The notes below the pieces were generated by a model, which worked only from the letters and a program-made list of their open reading frames with translations, was not told the DNA's origin and did not search any database. Positions 11,231 through 25,149 of a stretch of 64,000 nucleotides of DNA are shown here, piece by piece. A program made the translations under genes and the position numbers. Position 1 is the first letter of the stretch, and each line of letters starts with the position of its first letter. The stretch covers positions 37,148,466-37,212,465 of the forward strand of contig NC_068982.1 in assembly GCF_001194135.2 (NCBI RefSeq). The letters are read 5' to 3'. This DNA is from Octopus bimaculoides. Its lineage: Eukaryota.

Positions 11231-14200
11231 CAAAAAGTAAAAATGAAGGGGTCGGAACACTTTTCTTGCAGTCAAGGAGAAACATGGCTACTTGCATTAT
11301 ACAAGAGGAGGTGGGAGTAATTGGGGGTGAAACTGAAAAAGAGAAAGAAATGATGGAGATGAGGTGTCAGATACAAGAATGTGAGTAGAATTGAATGCAG
11401 ACAGAACAGGAAAGGTTGGTAGATAAAGGTTGCAAGAGTGTATGGCATGAATCAAAGATGATGTAGAGATAGGAGTGGATCAATATAATGAATGGTGGAA
11501 AAGGTTTGAAGATTAGTTGCTGATAAATATAGGTTGCAGAGAAAGTAGGAAAGTGTAGGTGATGACTGGCAGTACAGAAAGAGGTGAAGAACAGCAGAAA
11601 AGTAAGAATAACAATAATAATCCAGTAAGTTGAGGAAGGATGTGAGAAAGGGAGCTGACATGTGGGTGGGTAGGTTGCAAGAATATGAGGGGAGGGACAG
11701 GTGTAATGCATAAGGAGAGTGAGAGATGTATGGTAGGGCGAGTCAACTGGAACTGGTTCACTGGAGAGGAAAAGGTAATTTGGTAGCACAGAAGGCTGAT
11801 CCATGTAAAATATGAGTTGAGTGGGACAATGTTAAAATGTTAAGAATGAAGGATAGATGTCAAGTCTGCATTTTTTATTAAAGGAGAAATAAGCATCTGT
11901 TTTTCCAACTCAAGTCTACAGTCTTGATACCTTTCCAAACCCAAACCTAATATATTATAATGCCACTCATGCCATTTCCTGCATGGTCACTTAGGTATAA
12001 ATATTTCTACTCATCTACCTAAGCAGTCCATAGTATTTAGTTGCTTGTGTTGTTTGCTCTTCATACACCTGGCGAACCTAAATTTTATTTCCTGTCAGTT
12101 TACCAGACATAATTTTTTATTGTGTATACTTATTGTTTGCACTAACTGCACAGTATCAATATCCTACCTTCATTTCTGCTCTCTACCACTTTCCAGGAAC
12201 AATCATTACAAATGCTAGGTCTAACAATTTTTGATAATTTTTTGTGGTAACCAACACTGAATCTCAGACTAGTCCTTCTCCTGAGAACTAGAAACTACTT
12301 CAGCTCTAAACAGCTACTAGCCCAATGCAAGACATAAATATGTTTTATTGGAGTCTTACATACATATCTGCATGCAGTAAATACTATATACGCAGTCATT
12401 TTATTCCACATCCAAAAAATAGGCCATTTAATTGATTGACAAACGCGTATTGTACTACCAGCACTACTAGCACAGTGTCTTCTGTCTTCTCCAGTGAACT
12501 ACTAAATTTGTTCCTGCTCCTCTGTACTAACAAGTTGTGTACCACCCAATTCACTTCCCTACAACCATAAAAATCATATTCAAATACTACAAGATACAAG
12601 AAAAATATAGCAAGCAATTTAGTATTCTTTTTCAATTTTAAATTTACAGATTTAAGCTTACAATAATACTTCTTAGGAACTAATTTTGGTAAAACAAATA
12701 TGAAAGGGTATTATTCATATTCTATAAAGAAGAATTATAAAAATGAAGAAAGTTGGTGCATTATGAAATTGCATCAAGGAATAGATATTATATTAGCTTC
12801 ATTCAATATTACACAAAAATGGGATATAATATTCTATTAACAGATTGAGATTTATGTAAAAGATCAACAGTATAGTTGTTTCTTTCCCTAGCTCTTTATT
12901 GGAATTTTGTGTTAACAAAAGTAAGTTAACATGTTAAAAAATATTACTGAATTAGGCAGTTAAGTGAAGTGAATGTTGTGATTATGTGTATTTGGTGGAT
13001 TGGGTCAATTGGATAACATATGTATGATTATGTATAAAAAGCAGCATTTCTTACAGAAATTTATATATCTAAAAGCTAAAACTTAATTTTTGTTTTGTCT
13101 CTCTTAAAACACTGCTTCAGCAAAACTAAAAGATTTTCATTGTGGGCCACTCTCTAATTTTGTGTGATGAAACAGTACACTCACTCCCAAACTCATAAAA
13201 GTTGCTCATCTGATAAATCTTACATCATAAAAAATTCTACCTCTTCCTCCCACTTTTCAAAAAATAAACCTTTTTTATGCTGTTTCCAATCTCTGATTTA
13301 GTTGTTTGTTTTGTAGAATAGAACCAGCATCCAGATTTAGACTTATGTCTTCCTAAATTTTTGTCTGTGTTTTTTTGGGGGGGTTTTTTTTTTGTCATTT
13401 CTCACAGATGAATTCTGTAACAAATAAAAGCTGTCGAAAGCTGATACCACAGCTTAAGTTATCCATAGATATTTTTTGTTGTTATTTAAAGGATGCATTT
13501 GTATGTTACCATGTGCTCATCAATCAAAACCTTTCTTTGTACTACAAAACCTAATTTGTCATTTCTACAATATGAGGGATACAAGATAATTACAACTCTA
13601 AGAAAGCTCCCCCCACACACACACACACAAACACACATACACACAAAATAAACAAACAAAATATAAAAACACACATCATCATTTATTGAGCATGGCTGAT
13701 TCCTTTGAAATCAGCTAACCAACAAATTTGATTGGCATTATTATGACACATACTAATTGCTAATTCTCTTATTCTCTTTAGTTATTGTAATTTCATCTGA
13801 AATTTTTTCACAAGGTAGTTACAGAGTATAAGAACTAAATGATGACCCAAAAGAAATACTTTAGTCTTATTCTCTCAAAATGGATACTATATATCGTCAT
13901 TCCTTTCTATTATATATCACCATTCTTATTTAACCAACAGAAACACAGACCATACATTTTAGCAAACTAATCTAAGTGATGCAGTAGTAGTCTAAAATTA
14001 GATTTCATAATTTGAATTTGCTAACCTTGAAAAAATATCTGAATTGAGGATGATGACCCTGTGTAAATATATATAATACACAGTACATAAACTATTCCTT
14101 CTATAAAATCTAGGATTCATGTCACCTATTATTTGATGATGAAAGAGTAAACAGTAATTCTACCATTGTTCACTCAGCTTCCAGCATTGTAGGATCAGTT

Positions 14201-16299
14201 AAACAAATACCAGTAATATACTGACTGAAGTCAGTTCAATTGTCTGTATTCTTATCATTGCAAAAATTGATCTGATATCCATTTTTTACACCATTCAGAC
14301 TATTAAAATGAAATATGTTTCAAAGAATGTAAATATATTTTGTAAATAGAATTTTTATATTATTTCTCGTTTCTTTTTATGTTTGTTTATTTCATTGTTG
14401 TTACACTTCACATGGCAGCTGTGTAAAATATGTTTCTTTTAATATATATATATATATATTAAATACTTTATGATATGTAAGCTAATATTGAATTAAGATT
14501 ATGTTTAATAGCCAACTTACTGTTTACAAAGTTTCCTTCTAAACGCTTCTCAGTAAGCAGCAAGACCTGTTGAGATTCTAACATCCATGATTGATTTGAT
14601 TTTATATTCATAGAACATTTACAACACTTATAACACCACTTCCCAACACCATCTTCGAATTGGGAGTTTCCATTTCTATAAATGAATTGGCTACTTGTTA
14701 ATTCAAGTGATTAGCTTCATCAAAGTACTAACTGTAACCATAGTTACTATATATCATCTTAGTAGCTTTACCACCACATTTTTTTCCCAACAAAGCTCTT
14801 GTTATTTCCCCAACAAAGTGAGAGATTTTTTTTTATTGCCACTAAATAGCAACACCTACATGCACAGAGAAGATAATTTAAAGGTCTTGTTGATTGATTC
14901 TGTGGTGCAATTTTAATACATTTATTTGGTCATTGGCAGGTATGTACTTGTGCATACATACACATCATGTATTCTACATTTTTTTTCTGTGTGGAATACA
15001 TGATGTTTGGGGTTTAGTTGTTTTTAGGTTTTCATAGCAGAACATTTTTTATAAACACTATATTGGGGAAGACATTCTTATTTTTAAACAAGCATGCACA
15101 CAAAATAAACCTCTGTCCTGTATTCTAGTTCTTTTGAGGGATTGTGGTTTTAAACAGATGAGAAATTATAACACTTTGTACTTATCTCTATTTCTTATTT
15201 ACATTAGAAATAGAGACACTCCTTCTCATACATGGAACAGCCACAATATTTATGAATACAAAATGAATTCTAGAATTTCATTTACCAAAGTCAAATATCT
15301 TAATTAAAATGTGGAAGTCATCACAATAATATTAACAGTGGTAATCTAATATATTTAGATTACAATTTTTAGAAAATGTAATAAACAAAAAACAGACACC
15401 TCCTTTGCTGGGGAAGACAAGAAAAACTAACAAAACAAAAACTAACAAAACTATAGTGGAAGATTCCCTGATATTATTGCTAAAATAAAATGACTAATTA
15501 TTCAAAAGTGTCTGTTTTACATGAAACTTAATATACAAACATTCTACTGATAAATAGCATGGAGAAACTACTAACTGAATAAAGTAAAAAGGTAAAGTAT
15601 TTACAAAAGTAGGCTTTGTATTGGAGGATATCTACCTCTATACCTACTCTATCATTTTGCATCATTGATATATCAATTTCTGCAACTTTATTCTCATAGC
15701 ACTATTTCATATCATTCTAGACAACTTTATTGGCACCTATTTTTCAGAGAAGAATGAAAGAAAAAAATAATGGATGGAGTTTATGGTGAGAAACTTGGGT
15801 GGCATGAGCAATAATGGTATATATGAATAACACTTAGAAATCTGTGAATATATCATAGGTGAGACTATCAGAGTAATAATTAAAATAGTTTAAGAATAAC
15901 TAACAGTTATGATTTATTAATTAATAAATAGCAATGAAATATTATTATTATACAAATGTTTCTCAAACTATCAAAGAAGCCTCTGTGGTCATCTGATAGA
16001 AACAGGCGCCAATTTTACTCCCATCACCTCCACCTCTTCCTCTTCTTCTTCAGCAAGCAACTGCAACTAGGTTATGCCTCACAATGTTGCACCAGGAATC
16101 TGTTCCCAATTACCTTTGTTAGATATTCAGTTTCATGTTGTATTAACCCCCAACCTAGCAGATATATTGCTGGGATTAATAACTTAAATTAAAAAATACA
16201 AAAATTGAAATTGTTTTATGTTGTGTATTTATGCTAACAACATCAATGTATTTTGAATGGTCTTTGTCCTCTGTTAGAGTTACAGGTCCCCAAAATATA

Positions 16300-16720
16300 A
16301 CATCCAATATGGCCTGTTGTTCAGCACTATAGCCATAGTAGCAAAACCTTCCCTATGTTGAGCAGTAATACTAGAAATGAGTAGAATGTGTTTATAAATC
16401 TCTCTTTGGTCTTGTGCTCACACTGAGTTGTTTTTGGCCTTCGTGAGAGGTCAAGGCATTCTTGAAACTCCTTCATATACCAGGTTTTGACTCCATAGAG
16501 AAGAATGCTCCTTGTTTTTGAAATGCTTGACAACTAGATGCTTCAAAACTCATTGTAAGCATTCCAGCCTAGTCCCTTGCATATAAGGAAGTTCTTCTTA
16601 CTATCAGCAACATGGGATCCAGGGTTCTTGTATCTCCTTAAGTTGTGTTCCACTGTTGGAATAAATTGACGGGTGGCTTTCATCTTCATTGATCATCACA
16701 GTCCCCCATCTTATAAAGAG
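16300..16720 (-). mobile_element. RTE-like LINE fragment (same family as 25150-26310)
   Basis: Minus-strand YKNPGSHVADSKKNF...AYN...SILLYGVKTW matches YLGS...SILLYGxETW. Confidence 0.65.
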
Positions 16721-17119
16721 AAAGGATACATTGCACAATGTATTTCAAAGTACACTATGTCTAAGAAAAGAAGGAATGAGAATAACAAGATGTTATTTGT
16801 TCATAGGTTTACTCAGTCAAGTTTGTCCTGAAGCTGAATGTGTTTTAGGTTTGTCCTCTAGCTAAACAACATGCCTTCGTATAAGTTTAGTACTTCTTCA
16901 GATGTAGCTAAAAAGCCTTCAGAAAAATATAGATTCAAGCTTGAATTTGCCAATTACGTTTGGTTGTTACATTAACCCAAAGAAACCTCCAAAGATTTAG
17001 TATTATTGTCTATTGAAATATGTTGAGGAAGATTTATAGTCATTTTCAGTGATGGACTCTCCCATCAAAGATCATGTACAAGCATTCAGCTTTTTACTGA
17101 ATGACTTTCATAAATTATT

Positions 17120-17336
17120 TGTTTATAGTGATCAAATATATGTACCATACATTAGCTAACTCCCTCCATCAAATCAATGTTGTCCAATCATGGTCTACCA
17201 CACATCAAAGTGATCACAGGGCAATATGAGATTAAATATTTTGCTCAAGAACACAACGCACTGCCTGGTCTAGGAATTGAAACCATGATTTCACGATTAT
17301 GAGTGCAACACCCTAACCACTAGGCCATGCATCATC
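17120..17336 (-). mobile_element. tRNA-derived SINE
   Basis: Minus strand reads tggcctagtggttagggtgttgcactc (A box) ... ggtttcaattcc (B box, 17273-17284), followed by a gttgtgttcttgagcaa core-like segment. Confidence 0.7.
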
Positions 17337-17391
17337 ACTTCTCCATTTTAATACTTTGGGAATTTTTTTTTTTTTTTCAATCAAAAACTTT

Positions 17392-17510
17392 CTTTTACCT
17401 GTTTCAGTTATTTGTCTGTGACTATGCTGGAGCAATACCTTGAAGGTTTTAGTCAAGCAAATCGCCTTCAGTACTTATTCTATTAAACCCTTTTTGCCAA
17501 ACCACTAAGT
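17392..17510 (-). mobile_element. SINE 3' fragment (family of 41795-42179)
   Basis: cttttacctgtttcagttattt...atgctggagca...ttagtcaagcaaatc matches the 41.8 kb copy. Confidence 0.6.
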
Positions 17511-18852
17511 TATTTGAGAAAAATCATTTGATTATATACCACAAAACTTCCCAAACAAATTGAAAGGGAAGATAAATAATTGGTGGAAAGTAAAGATTAA
17601 ATACATTAGATGTAGTTTACAGTGAAAAATATTGTGCGCTTCTTAAACTGTAATGGATAACAAAAGCAGAATAGTAGAGAAAACTTTTGACTTGTTTGGA
17701 TACATTTGTAAGAAATGGTGTGGACAGTCGTAATTTAGAGAAAGTTATTGGTGGCTTTTTGGAATTTTGCAAGTTTTTTTTTTTGTACCATGGATGTAAA
17801 ACTCTTATCTAATTACTGCACCCTAATTCAAAAAGAGCATTTGTTTATTTATTCAGACTTTGGTTCTGGCTTTTTCAATTCATCAAAACATAAAGCTTTA
17901 CTATGAAATTGTTCAACAAAGTAGCATCCTCCAAGTTGGTATTTTTACGGAGAAAAATTTAAAAGAGTTACATAACTGTAGAACTACTAAATTACTGTTC
18001 AAAGATGCATAATTCTGTATAAGAATTGGATTTATAATTTTTCAAGTGTCTTAAATATAATTCATCACCAGTAACAATAGGTAGAAATAGATATAAAGAA
18101 AGATCACAAAAGTACAATTCATTTCTTCCCATCCATTCACTGTAATTTTTATTTTCAATTTGTTTGCTTTTTTATTACAATAAAAGTTACATTTATTTAT
18201 GACATGTTTCTAATTAGGAATGACTTTGTTTGCATCATGGGCTTAAGTGACAAAACTATTCTGAAGCAAGCAATATTATTTTTATTACACATAAATACCG
18301 ATTAGAACAAAGCATGTAAAAATCATCATTTAGTAAAGATAGAACTTTTGTTTCAATCAAGGAATCTTTCATTCATGAATTATGTTCAAGTATTACTTTT
18401 ATATATATTGACATATTATTAAGTCATGTGCTTGTCAGCATTTATTTGGACTTTAAACTACATATTATACTCATAACATCGTTGAATGATGTTAAGAAGA
18501 CAACCAACTTAGCAGTTTATCAGGAATCAAGATTGAGTATTATTCACCTATTCATAGATGAATCTAGAAAGTACAAACTGCTAATTGCACAGTTCAATCA
18601 GAAAAGAAAGCAGTATGAAATTAGGCTACCTCCATGGAAAAGGAAATCAAAAGAGGAAGATAAAGATACCATAATAATGTTGCTCAGTCAGTCTATTTTA
18701 ACTGAGTCACCTATACAGATAATTTTGTTGAATATAGTATAAATGCAAGCCACTTGAAAAATTTTATTCAATAAAAAGTTAACTTGTGATATATATCTAA
18801 ACAAAACCTGTAGCTTTTAATTGTCTCAGGTGCATTAATTTTTTAAGAGTTC

Positions 18853-19250
18853 AAGGATAGTGTGTGATTACCAAATTTACTTTAGAATCAAGTGACTTTA
18901 GGTTCAGTCCCACAGCATGACACCTTGAGCAGTTATCTCCTACTATATCTCCAGGCCAACCAATGCCTCATGAATTGGTAGAAGGAAACTGAAATAAACC
19001 CACCATATGTGGTGTGAGTGCATGTGCATAGGTGTGAGAGTTTGTCTCCTTGTCTTGACATGTGATAATTGCAAATAATCATCACTGCCATTCAAGTAGT
19101 GTCCTCCTTCAATCTCCCAAGAAAATATGTTAATCTAGGGCAAAATATTGTTTCTTGGAAACAGGTGATGGTTACTGGCAAAAAGGGCATCTGTCCATTG
19201 AAAATCTGCCTCAACAGATTCTGTCTGACTCAGAATGGTGATAATGATAT
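18853..19250 (+). mobile_element. tRNA-derived SINE with RTE-type tail
   Basis: B box ggttcagtccc at 18901, shared body (accttg.gca.gt.tct..tactata, ggtag..ggaaactgaaa) and aagggcatc tail motif; same layout as 55902-56276. Confidence 0.75.
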
Positions 19251-20395
19251 CAGAATTATTTTGTGTGTGTGTGAGAGAGAGAGAGAGAGAGCACAAAAGT
19301 GTATTTGTTTAAATATTTTTGTCTGCTTTAAGGACAATTGTGCTGTTATTTTGTGCGTCTTTCACTTGGGTTTCATTAATTTCTTTGATAACTGTTTTTA
19401 GTTTAGAACATTGAAGATGGTTCTAAAATTGTCTTTGTTATCTTTGTGGAGGGTTTTTTTTTAAATGCAAAAATATATCATTGGATAAAGCATTTCCATT
19501 TATTGGATGTCTACTCTTGTAATATATGAACATGTCTTGTTATGGTCGTTAAAGTTCAACTGCATATGTCTTTGTTGGTAGAAGATAACATTATAAAGAA
19601 TTAGGTGTCTGTCTTTGTTTATTTGATAGTGTAGCAGCATGTTTCATCATAGATTAAATATTATAAGCAACAAACTGAAAGATAAAAAAGTTCTACATAA
19701 ACAAACTCCTGTTATTGTTTGTTGATTTTAGCTACTGTTTGCTACATTTATAACAGCAAGATTTTAAAATGTTTCCATTATAACAATCCTACTTGAAACT
19801 ATTCTGCCATCAGCAGAATACATCGTAACCATTTTCAACAGTTAACAAAAACTGGAACATATATTAAGTGGTGGTGTGATTATTCTTGCTTCCATTATAA
19901 TGTAACCAAAACAACAATTCATGTTGCTTCCCTGCATCAAATATAACATTTCTATCTCTTTATGGGAAGATTTTTCTTCTATGTGAATGGTAACTAACAA
20001 CATGGATTATGTGGTTTATCACAGCTTATTCCATTATCCATTATTCCATTACCATGTTAGCATTTAACTGGAACTGAACCAGATCTACCTTCTTCTTGAC
20101 ATATTTTTAGAATGTTTAAGTTTGATGAAACTCCATTACCAGTAACTAGTTAAATAATGTAAAACTCCACAGCCATATCAAAAAGCACTGACCTTAATAA
20201 ACTATATTAAAGCATTCCTTGTACTGTATAAGTATATTTATAATAGACCCTTCCTTAGCATTCTTATTTTACAGTTGGTTTCTTTTCATCTTTACAGCTT
20301 TATTGACAATAAACTTGAGAATATAGGGATTAGCAATCTTGTTACAAAACATTTTTTTTTTCTTTCTGTCACAGAAAATTTACAATAGATATAAT

Positions 20396-20549
<154 letters not shown>

Positions 20550-21493
20550 GGAATTGAGTGAACCACAAATTTGGATTGCAGTCTAAATTTTGAAAATTAT
20601 CTATGTGGAACAAACTTTCTGATCAGTAATGTCATTTTCTGAGCATTGTAGATAAAGATGATTTGAAGAGTGAATGGAATTCTATCATAACATAATTTTG
20701 TCTCAAAGTAAACACTGGAAGATAATGTCTGACATCATGGGTCAGCCCAAACATGCATCATTGGTTTGGAACTTAAACTGTAGTCAGTAGAGCTGAACTT
20801 TGAAACTGTTTGGCATTTATAGTTTCTTCTCTGTCAGTATCTATGATTTTCTATAAATCTCAAGAAATACGTTATGTAGATGCTGTCTTTCTATCTTTTT
20901 TTTTTTATAAATTCTGTTAAATCTTTAACTAATTAATATACATATATCTAAATATTTATGACTACTCTTGTAAAATGTATATTCTTGAAACAAAATTATA
21001 AAAAGCTGTCAAAGGAAAACACAACCAGCAAAATGCCAGGATTTTATTTAGGACAGATCATTTAGTTTCTTTTTTCTCTCTTCATGATGTTGGTCTTTAT
21101 AATTATAATCAATGAGCTGATTCTGCTGTATCTTATCAGAAATAATTCATTTATCTTCAAAATATTTAGTTTTGCTATCTCTGGAATAACTAATTAACTA
21201 GGTTTTCTTAGGTTTCAATGTGTTTTGTAGATATAACATGTTTTTTTTTTTTCAACTCCTTTCATACTTCGTGTTCTGTGTTATAACAGTGTATTCAGCT
21301 CCCTTAGCCACATTTGCAAATCTCTAACTTTGCACACCTGCTTATTGTATGATGGTTAGAAGAATAGACATGGAATTATTTAAATGTATTTGTAATTGAA
21401 TAGGTTTTTTTATGGGGACGGTTGTGAGAAATGAAAGAAAACTTCTAAATGAATTTACAGTTTATAAATGATTTTAGCACAGAAAACTGGTTC

Positions 21494-21550
21494 TTTTACT
21501 CTTTTACTTGTTTCATTCATTTGACTGCAGCCATGCTGGAGCACCGCCTT
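21494..21550 (-). mobile_element. SINE 3'-end fragment
   Basis: cttttacttgtttcattcatttgactgcagccatgctggagcaccgcctt is near-identical to the 41805-41858 segment. Confidence 0.7.
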
Positions 21551-21611
21551 TGGGTTATTCGGAAAAAAAAAAAAATTTAAACATTGTCTTGAATACTTTG
21601 TTATTATTATT

Positions 21612-21786
21612 GTCTTTATGTTCTGAGTTCAAATTACACCGAGGTTGACTTTGCCTTTCATCCTTTTGGGGTCAATAAATTAAGTACCAGTGAAGTGTTG
21701 GGATCAGTGTAATCGACTATCCCTCTCTCCACAAATCCAGGCCTTGTGCCTATATTAGAAAGGGTTATTATTATTATTATTATTAT
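21612..21786 (+). mobile_element. tRNA-derived SINE, second family, 5'-truncated, (ATT)n tail
   Basis: ttctgagttcaaatt...ctttgcctttcatcctttt/cggggtcaataaattaag is shared with 35014-35225. Confidence 0.8.
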
Positions 21787-21856
21787 TTCTCTCAATGTTC
21801 AAAATTAATCTATTGTTGTTTTAATGAAATTTCATTATTTTATTAAACTATTTAAC

Positions 21857-21927
21857 ATGAGTTGCTTCATTTGGCTTACTAAAGAATACTGAATGAGTTG
21901 CTTCATTTGGCTTACCAAGAATACTGA
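21857..21927. repeat. 36/35-bp tandem duplication
   Basis: atgagttgcttcatttggcttac(ta/c)aagaatactga occurs twice head-to-tail. Confidence 0.95.
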
Positions 21928-22207
21928 AAAATATGCCAGGGAAGTGCTTTATCCCTACAGTTTATTTATTTACCTTTCCCTTCAGGTTGCTATAACTTGG
22001 CTCTCTTCCACCTATCAGAAAAATGAGAAGAACACATGTTTTGTGTAACTTCTTTTTGGTAATGCATAATATTAATGCATAATTTCTTTTAAGCTTTGAG
22101 TAATGTTTATGTATTTTTCAAAAGTAACGTTGTTATTCTAATAATCTGTTTGTAGTGGAGTATAGTGTAAACTATTTCTGCATTCGTATCTTTTTAAAAC
22201 TGTAGAG

Positions 22208-22210
<3 letters not shown>

Positions 22211-22245
<35 letters not shown>
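22211..22245 (+). repeat. Poly(T), 35 nt
   Basis: Directly visible; immediately followed by AG. Confidence 0.95.
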
Positions 22246-22249
<4 letters not shown>

Positions 22250-23570
22250 CTATCAATGAACATCTGCTCTGCTGAATCAGCTATGTTGTAACTTTTATCC
22301 TAAGTATCTTGATAGACACATTAATCACCTAAATAATACTTCTCTTTGAAGGAGATTTCTTAATTAACATGACTAGAAATAGCAAATATTTATCTTTGCA
22401 GGATATTAAAGATTAAAACAGGTTACTCTAGTTGTTTGTTTTATTTTTTGTATTTAAACTAGATATTTTGTTTATTTCTTATATTTATTTAGGACAAACT
22501 TAAACTGTAATTTTGTGTGTGTGCAAACTGTTCCAAGAGATATTTGTTTTATTCAAACTCCTCTCCTTTTCATGTCTGCAGATGTGAAAGATAACTATTT
22601 TATACTTTTGTAGATGAGTTTAGATAAGAACAAATATGACTTGACATCTCATACATGCAGATGGACAAATAACTCTAGTGACGACCTAAAACTTGCCTTG
22701 AACCAATTATTGAATCTATGTTAGGGATTAGTGTTATTAAAACTGAAAATAACTACAAACCAAATTGATCCATGAAGACTTGGCTCAGCTCTAATACTTA
22801 AGACCAACAGTCTCTCGTTTCAACAATTGCCTCCTTTTCTTTTATGTTACAGTGTAAAGTAGAAAAAAATTGTTTTTTGTCATAAGAATATTCCTGTGGC
22901 ATACATTGGTGCCCATTCATTATATTTCAATAAAATCTATTCTATAAAAGTTAATGGAATTAAGACAGCAATCTAACAATAAAGCTTGATTCAAAAGCAA
23001 ACATTCTGTCTAATCCAGGCATAGAAAATGAATTTTTAGAGTTGTAAGGGAATAAGTGATTTTGATTATTGTTCTATTAAGAGTTGATAAAACATTATGT
23101 AGTTGGGGATGAGGAAGGGAGACAGAGAGATAGACATAAAACAAGGAATACTTTGTTAATACAATAATGGAGGTGGCGGTGAACTCAGATGTAAGGTCTA
23201 GATTAAAATAGTGGTGATGGAAATAGCGGTAAAAGCAGTTGTGGTGTTACTAGTTGTTATAGTAGTGGTAGTGACAGTTATGAGGGAATGGTAAGAAACA
23301 AAGCTATTTTCAAGAAATTCCATTGTAGATGCAGTGAAATGAAATGTTTCATCGCTTCAAGCTATGGCATCTCTCGCTAGCATACCAGTGACTGCTTGGT
23401 TTCTGTCTGAGGAAATTTAAGTTCCTTTTTGCTATATCCAAACATCTTAAATCAAATAATGTTCTTTAGCTGGTTAGAGAACTGTCATGTAATGAAGCCA
23501 CGGCTCCAATTAAATTGCAGCAACAGATAAAATCTCATTTGTAAAAATCAACAAATAACTAACCATCTTC

Positions 23571-23638
<68 letters not shown>
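23571..23638 (+). repeat. (CT)n tract
   Basis: Directly visible. Confidence 0.97.
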
Positions 23639-23643
<5 letters not shown>

Positions 23644-25149
23644 GTTTTCTTGAAGAGTGAAAAAGAAGAATCCAATAACTACAATTTTTTCTGAAGGATG
23701 CTGTAAAAAGTGTTTAATCAGTCATATTCTTTTTTAACTATACTTCAAAACCCACTTCACTCTATGTTGACATCAAGTTTATTTATTAATATCTGTTATA
23801 TAAATAAAATTCAGCTCAATTTTATTGTAGAATTCCAATTTATTGGTCTTTACAAAAAATAGTAAACAAACAGTTATCTTCTGAAATAGATTAACACTAA
23901 TTAGTTGCCCTAGATTCCATCAATTCATTTTGATATGACTAATTATCTTGTTTTGTGTTGAATAACATTCAGTAAAACTGAAACAACTCTACTTGGTCTT
24001 AGTTAATAAGCTGTACCAGCTCAAATTATTAATAAATGCCCACAATTCAGCTAAAATTATATTATTATAGATTCAGACTATTCACAATGTAAATAATAAA
24101 TAATCAAATTTACCTTTGGTTACTTTGATTTAATAAGTTTTTTTAGTATACTATCTCTACTTATAAGTATGAGTTGTGCTTTAAATTTTATTTTGGTTTC
24201 CTAATCATCAAATCCTAAAATGAGTTACATATGTGCATTTTCTTGTTTGTTTATGAGAAATCTATGCCTTATTGTGATGTACTCATGATAGTGTATATAA
24301 TTCATTGCACCTGGTTTTGAAGTATTTGATGCTTCTATTCTAATAATCAGATTGTAAGCTCTTCTCACTTTATCTGGGACTATCAGTAATCATCTTAAGC
24401 AGCAATTTCTGTTCTTTGTAGATCCTTCCCCCTTCATTAATAAAAAAAAAAAATCACATCTGCCAAGCCCCATTTCCATTCAGATACTATTTCAAGCATT
24501 TATGTTTTCTATTGCTCTCCTCCCACTCCTTTCTCCAGTTTATTTATAACTTTTATCATTGTGTTATGCTAGTGAATTACTGACTGTTGTCATTTGGATA
24601 CTTCTGTTATTGTACATTGACTGAAGAAACAAGTTTCTCTATAGTTACTTTATCTAGTTTAAAGCTCTGCTGCATTGCAACACTTTATGACAATGTAGGC
24701 AAATACCCACTTCACCACAGAATTTAAAAGGATTCTTTATCATACAGTTCTTAATTATATTACAATTGCAATTTTTCTGTCTGTGCAGTATTTGTATGCA
24801 GTTTTTATTTTTTATCATGAATCGTTACTAGTATTAGAAATATTTGTAGTGTCAAAACTAACAATTTGTAACCCAATTTAGGAATGAGTAAACAATATAA
24901 ATTTGCAAAATAATGAAAAAGTAAAATAAGAGAAATATATCCTTATGATAGAAATATTTTAGTGTAATTGTTGCTTTTCACATTCTTGTCTTTGAATATA
25001 CTATTGGATTTTTTCTTTATCTAACAATCACTGTTCTTGTGAAAAACTTTCTACTTTGTGATGTGCATTATATGTATCATTTTCATTACTTATAATTTCT
25101 TCCTTAAGTCAAGTGTGCATAAAGAAATGCCTTTTCCTTGAAGCAGCCA

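Noticed and set aside
11367-11804. 145-aa ORF, the longest non-gap ORF
   Set aside because: Low-complexity pyrimidine-rich strand (P/S/L/F/H-biased) with overlapping open frames; no domain and no splice signals.
12396-12635. 79-aa minus-strand ORF as an exon of a nested gene
   Set aside because: No donor; the plus strand gives a decayed L2/CR1-like peptide (LFHIQKIGHLI...), a simpler explanation.
17273-17336. tRNA-like A/B boxes here and at 35014 and 42129 as true tRNA genes
   Set aside because: No complete cloverleaf; each continues into a shared SINE body and tail.
21986-22048. Strong acceptor cctttcccttcag followed by VAITWLSSTYQKNEK
   Set aside because: Stop after 20 codons with no credible donor before it.
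22614-22719. Candidate exon MSLDKNKYDLTSHTCRWTNNSSDDLKLALNQLLNL
   Set aside because: Weak donor (gttagg), ends in phase 1 so cannot join the phase-0 exon at 42722 directly, and no family resemblance.
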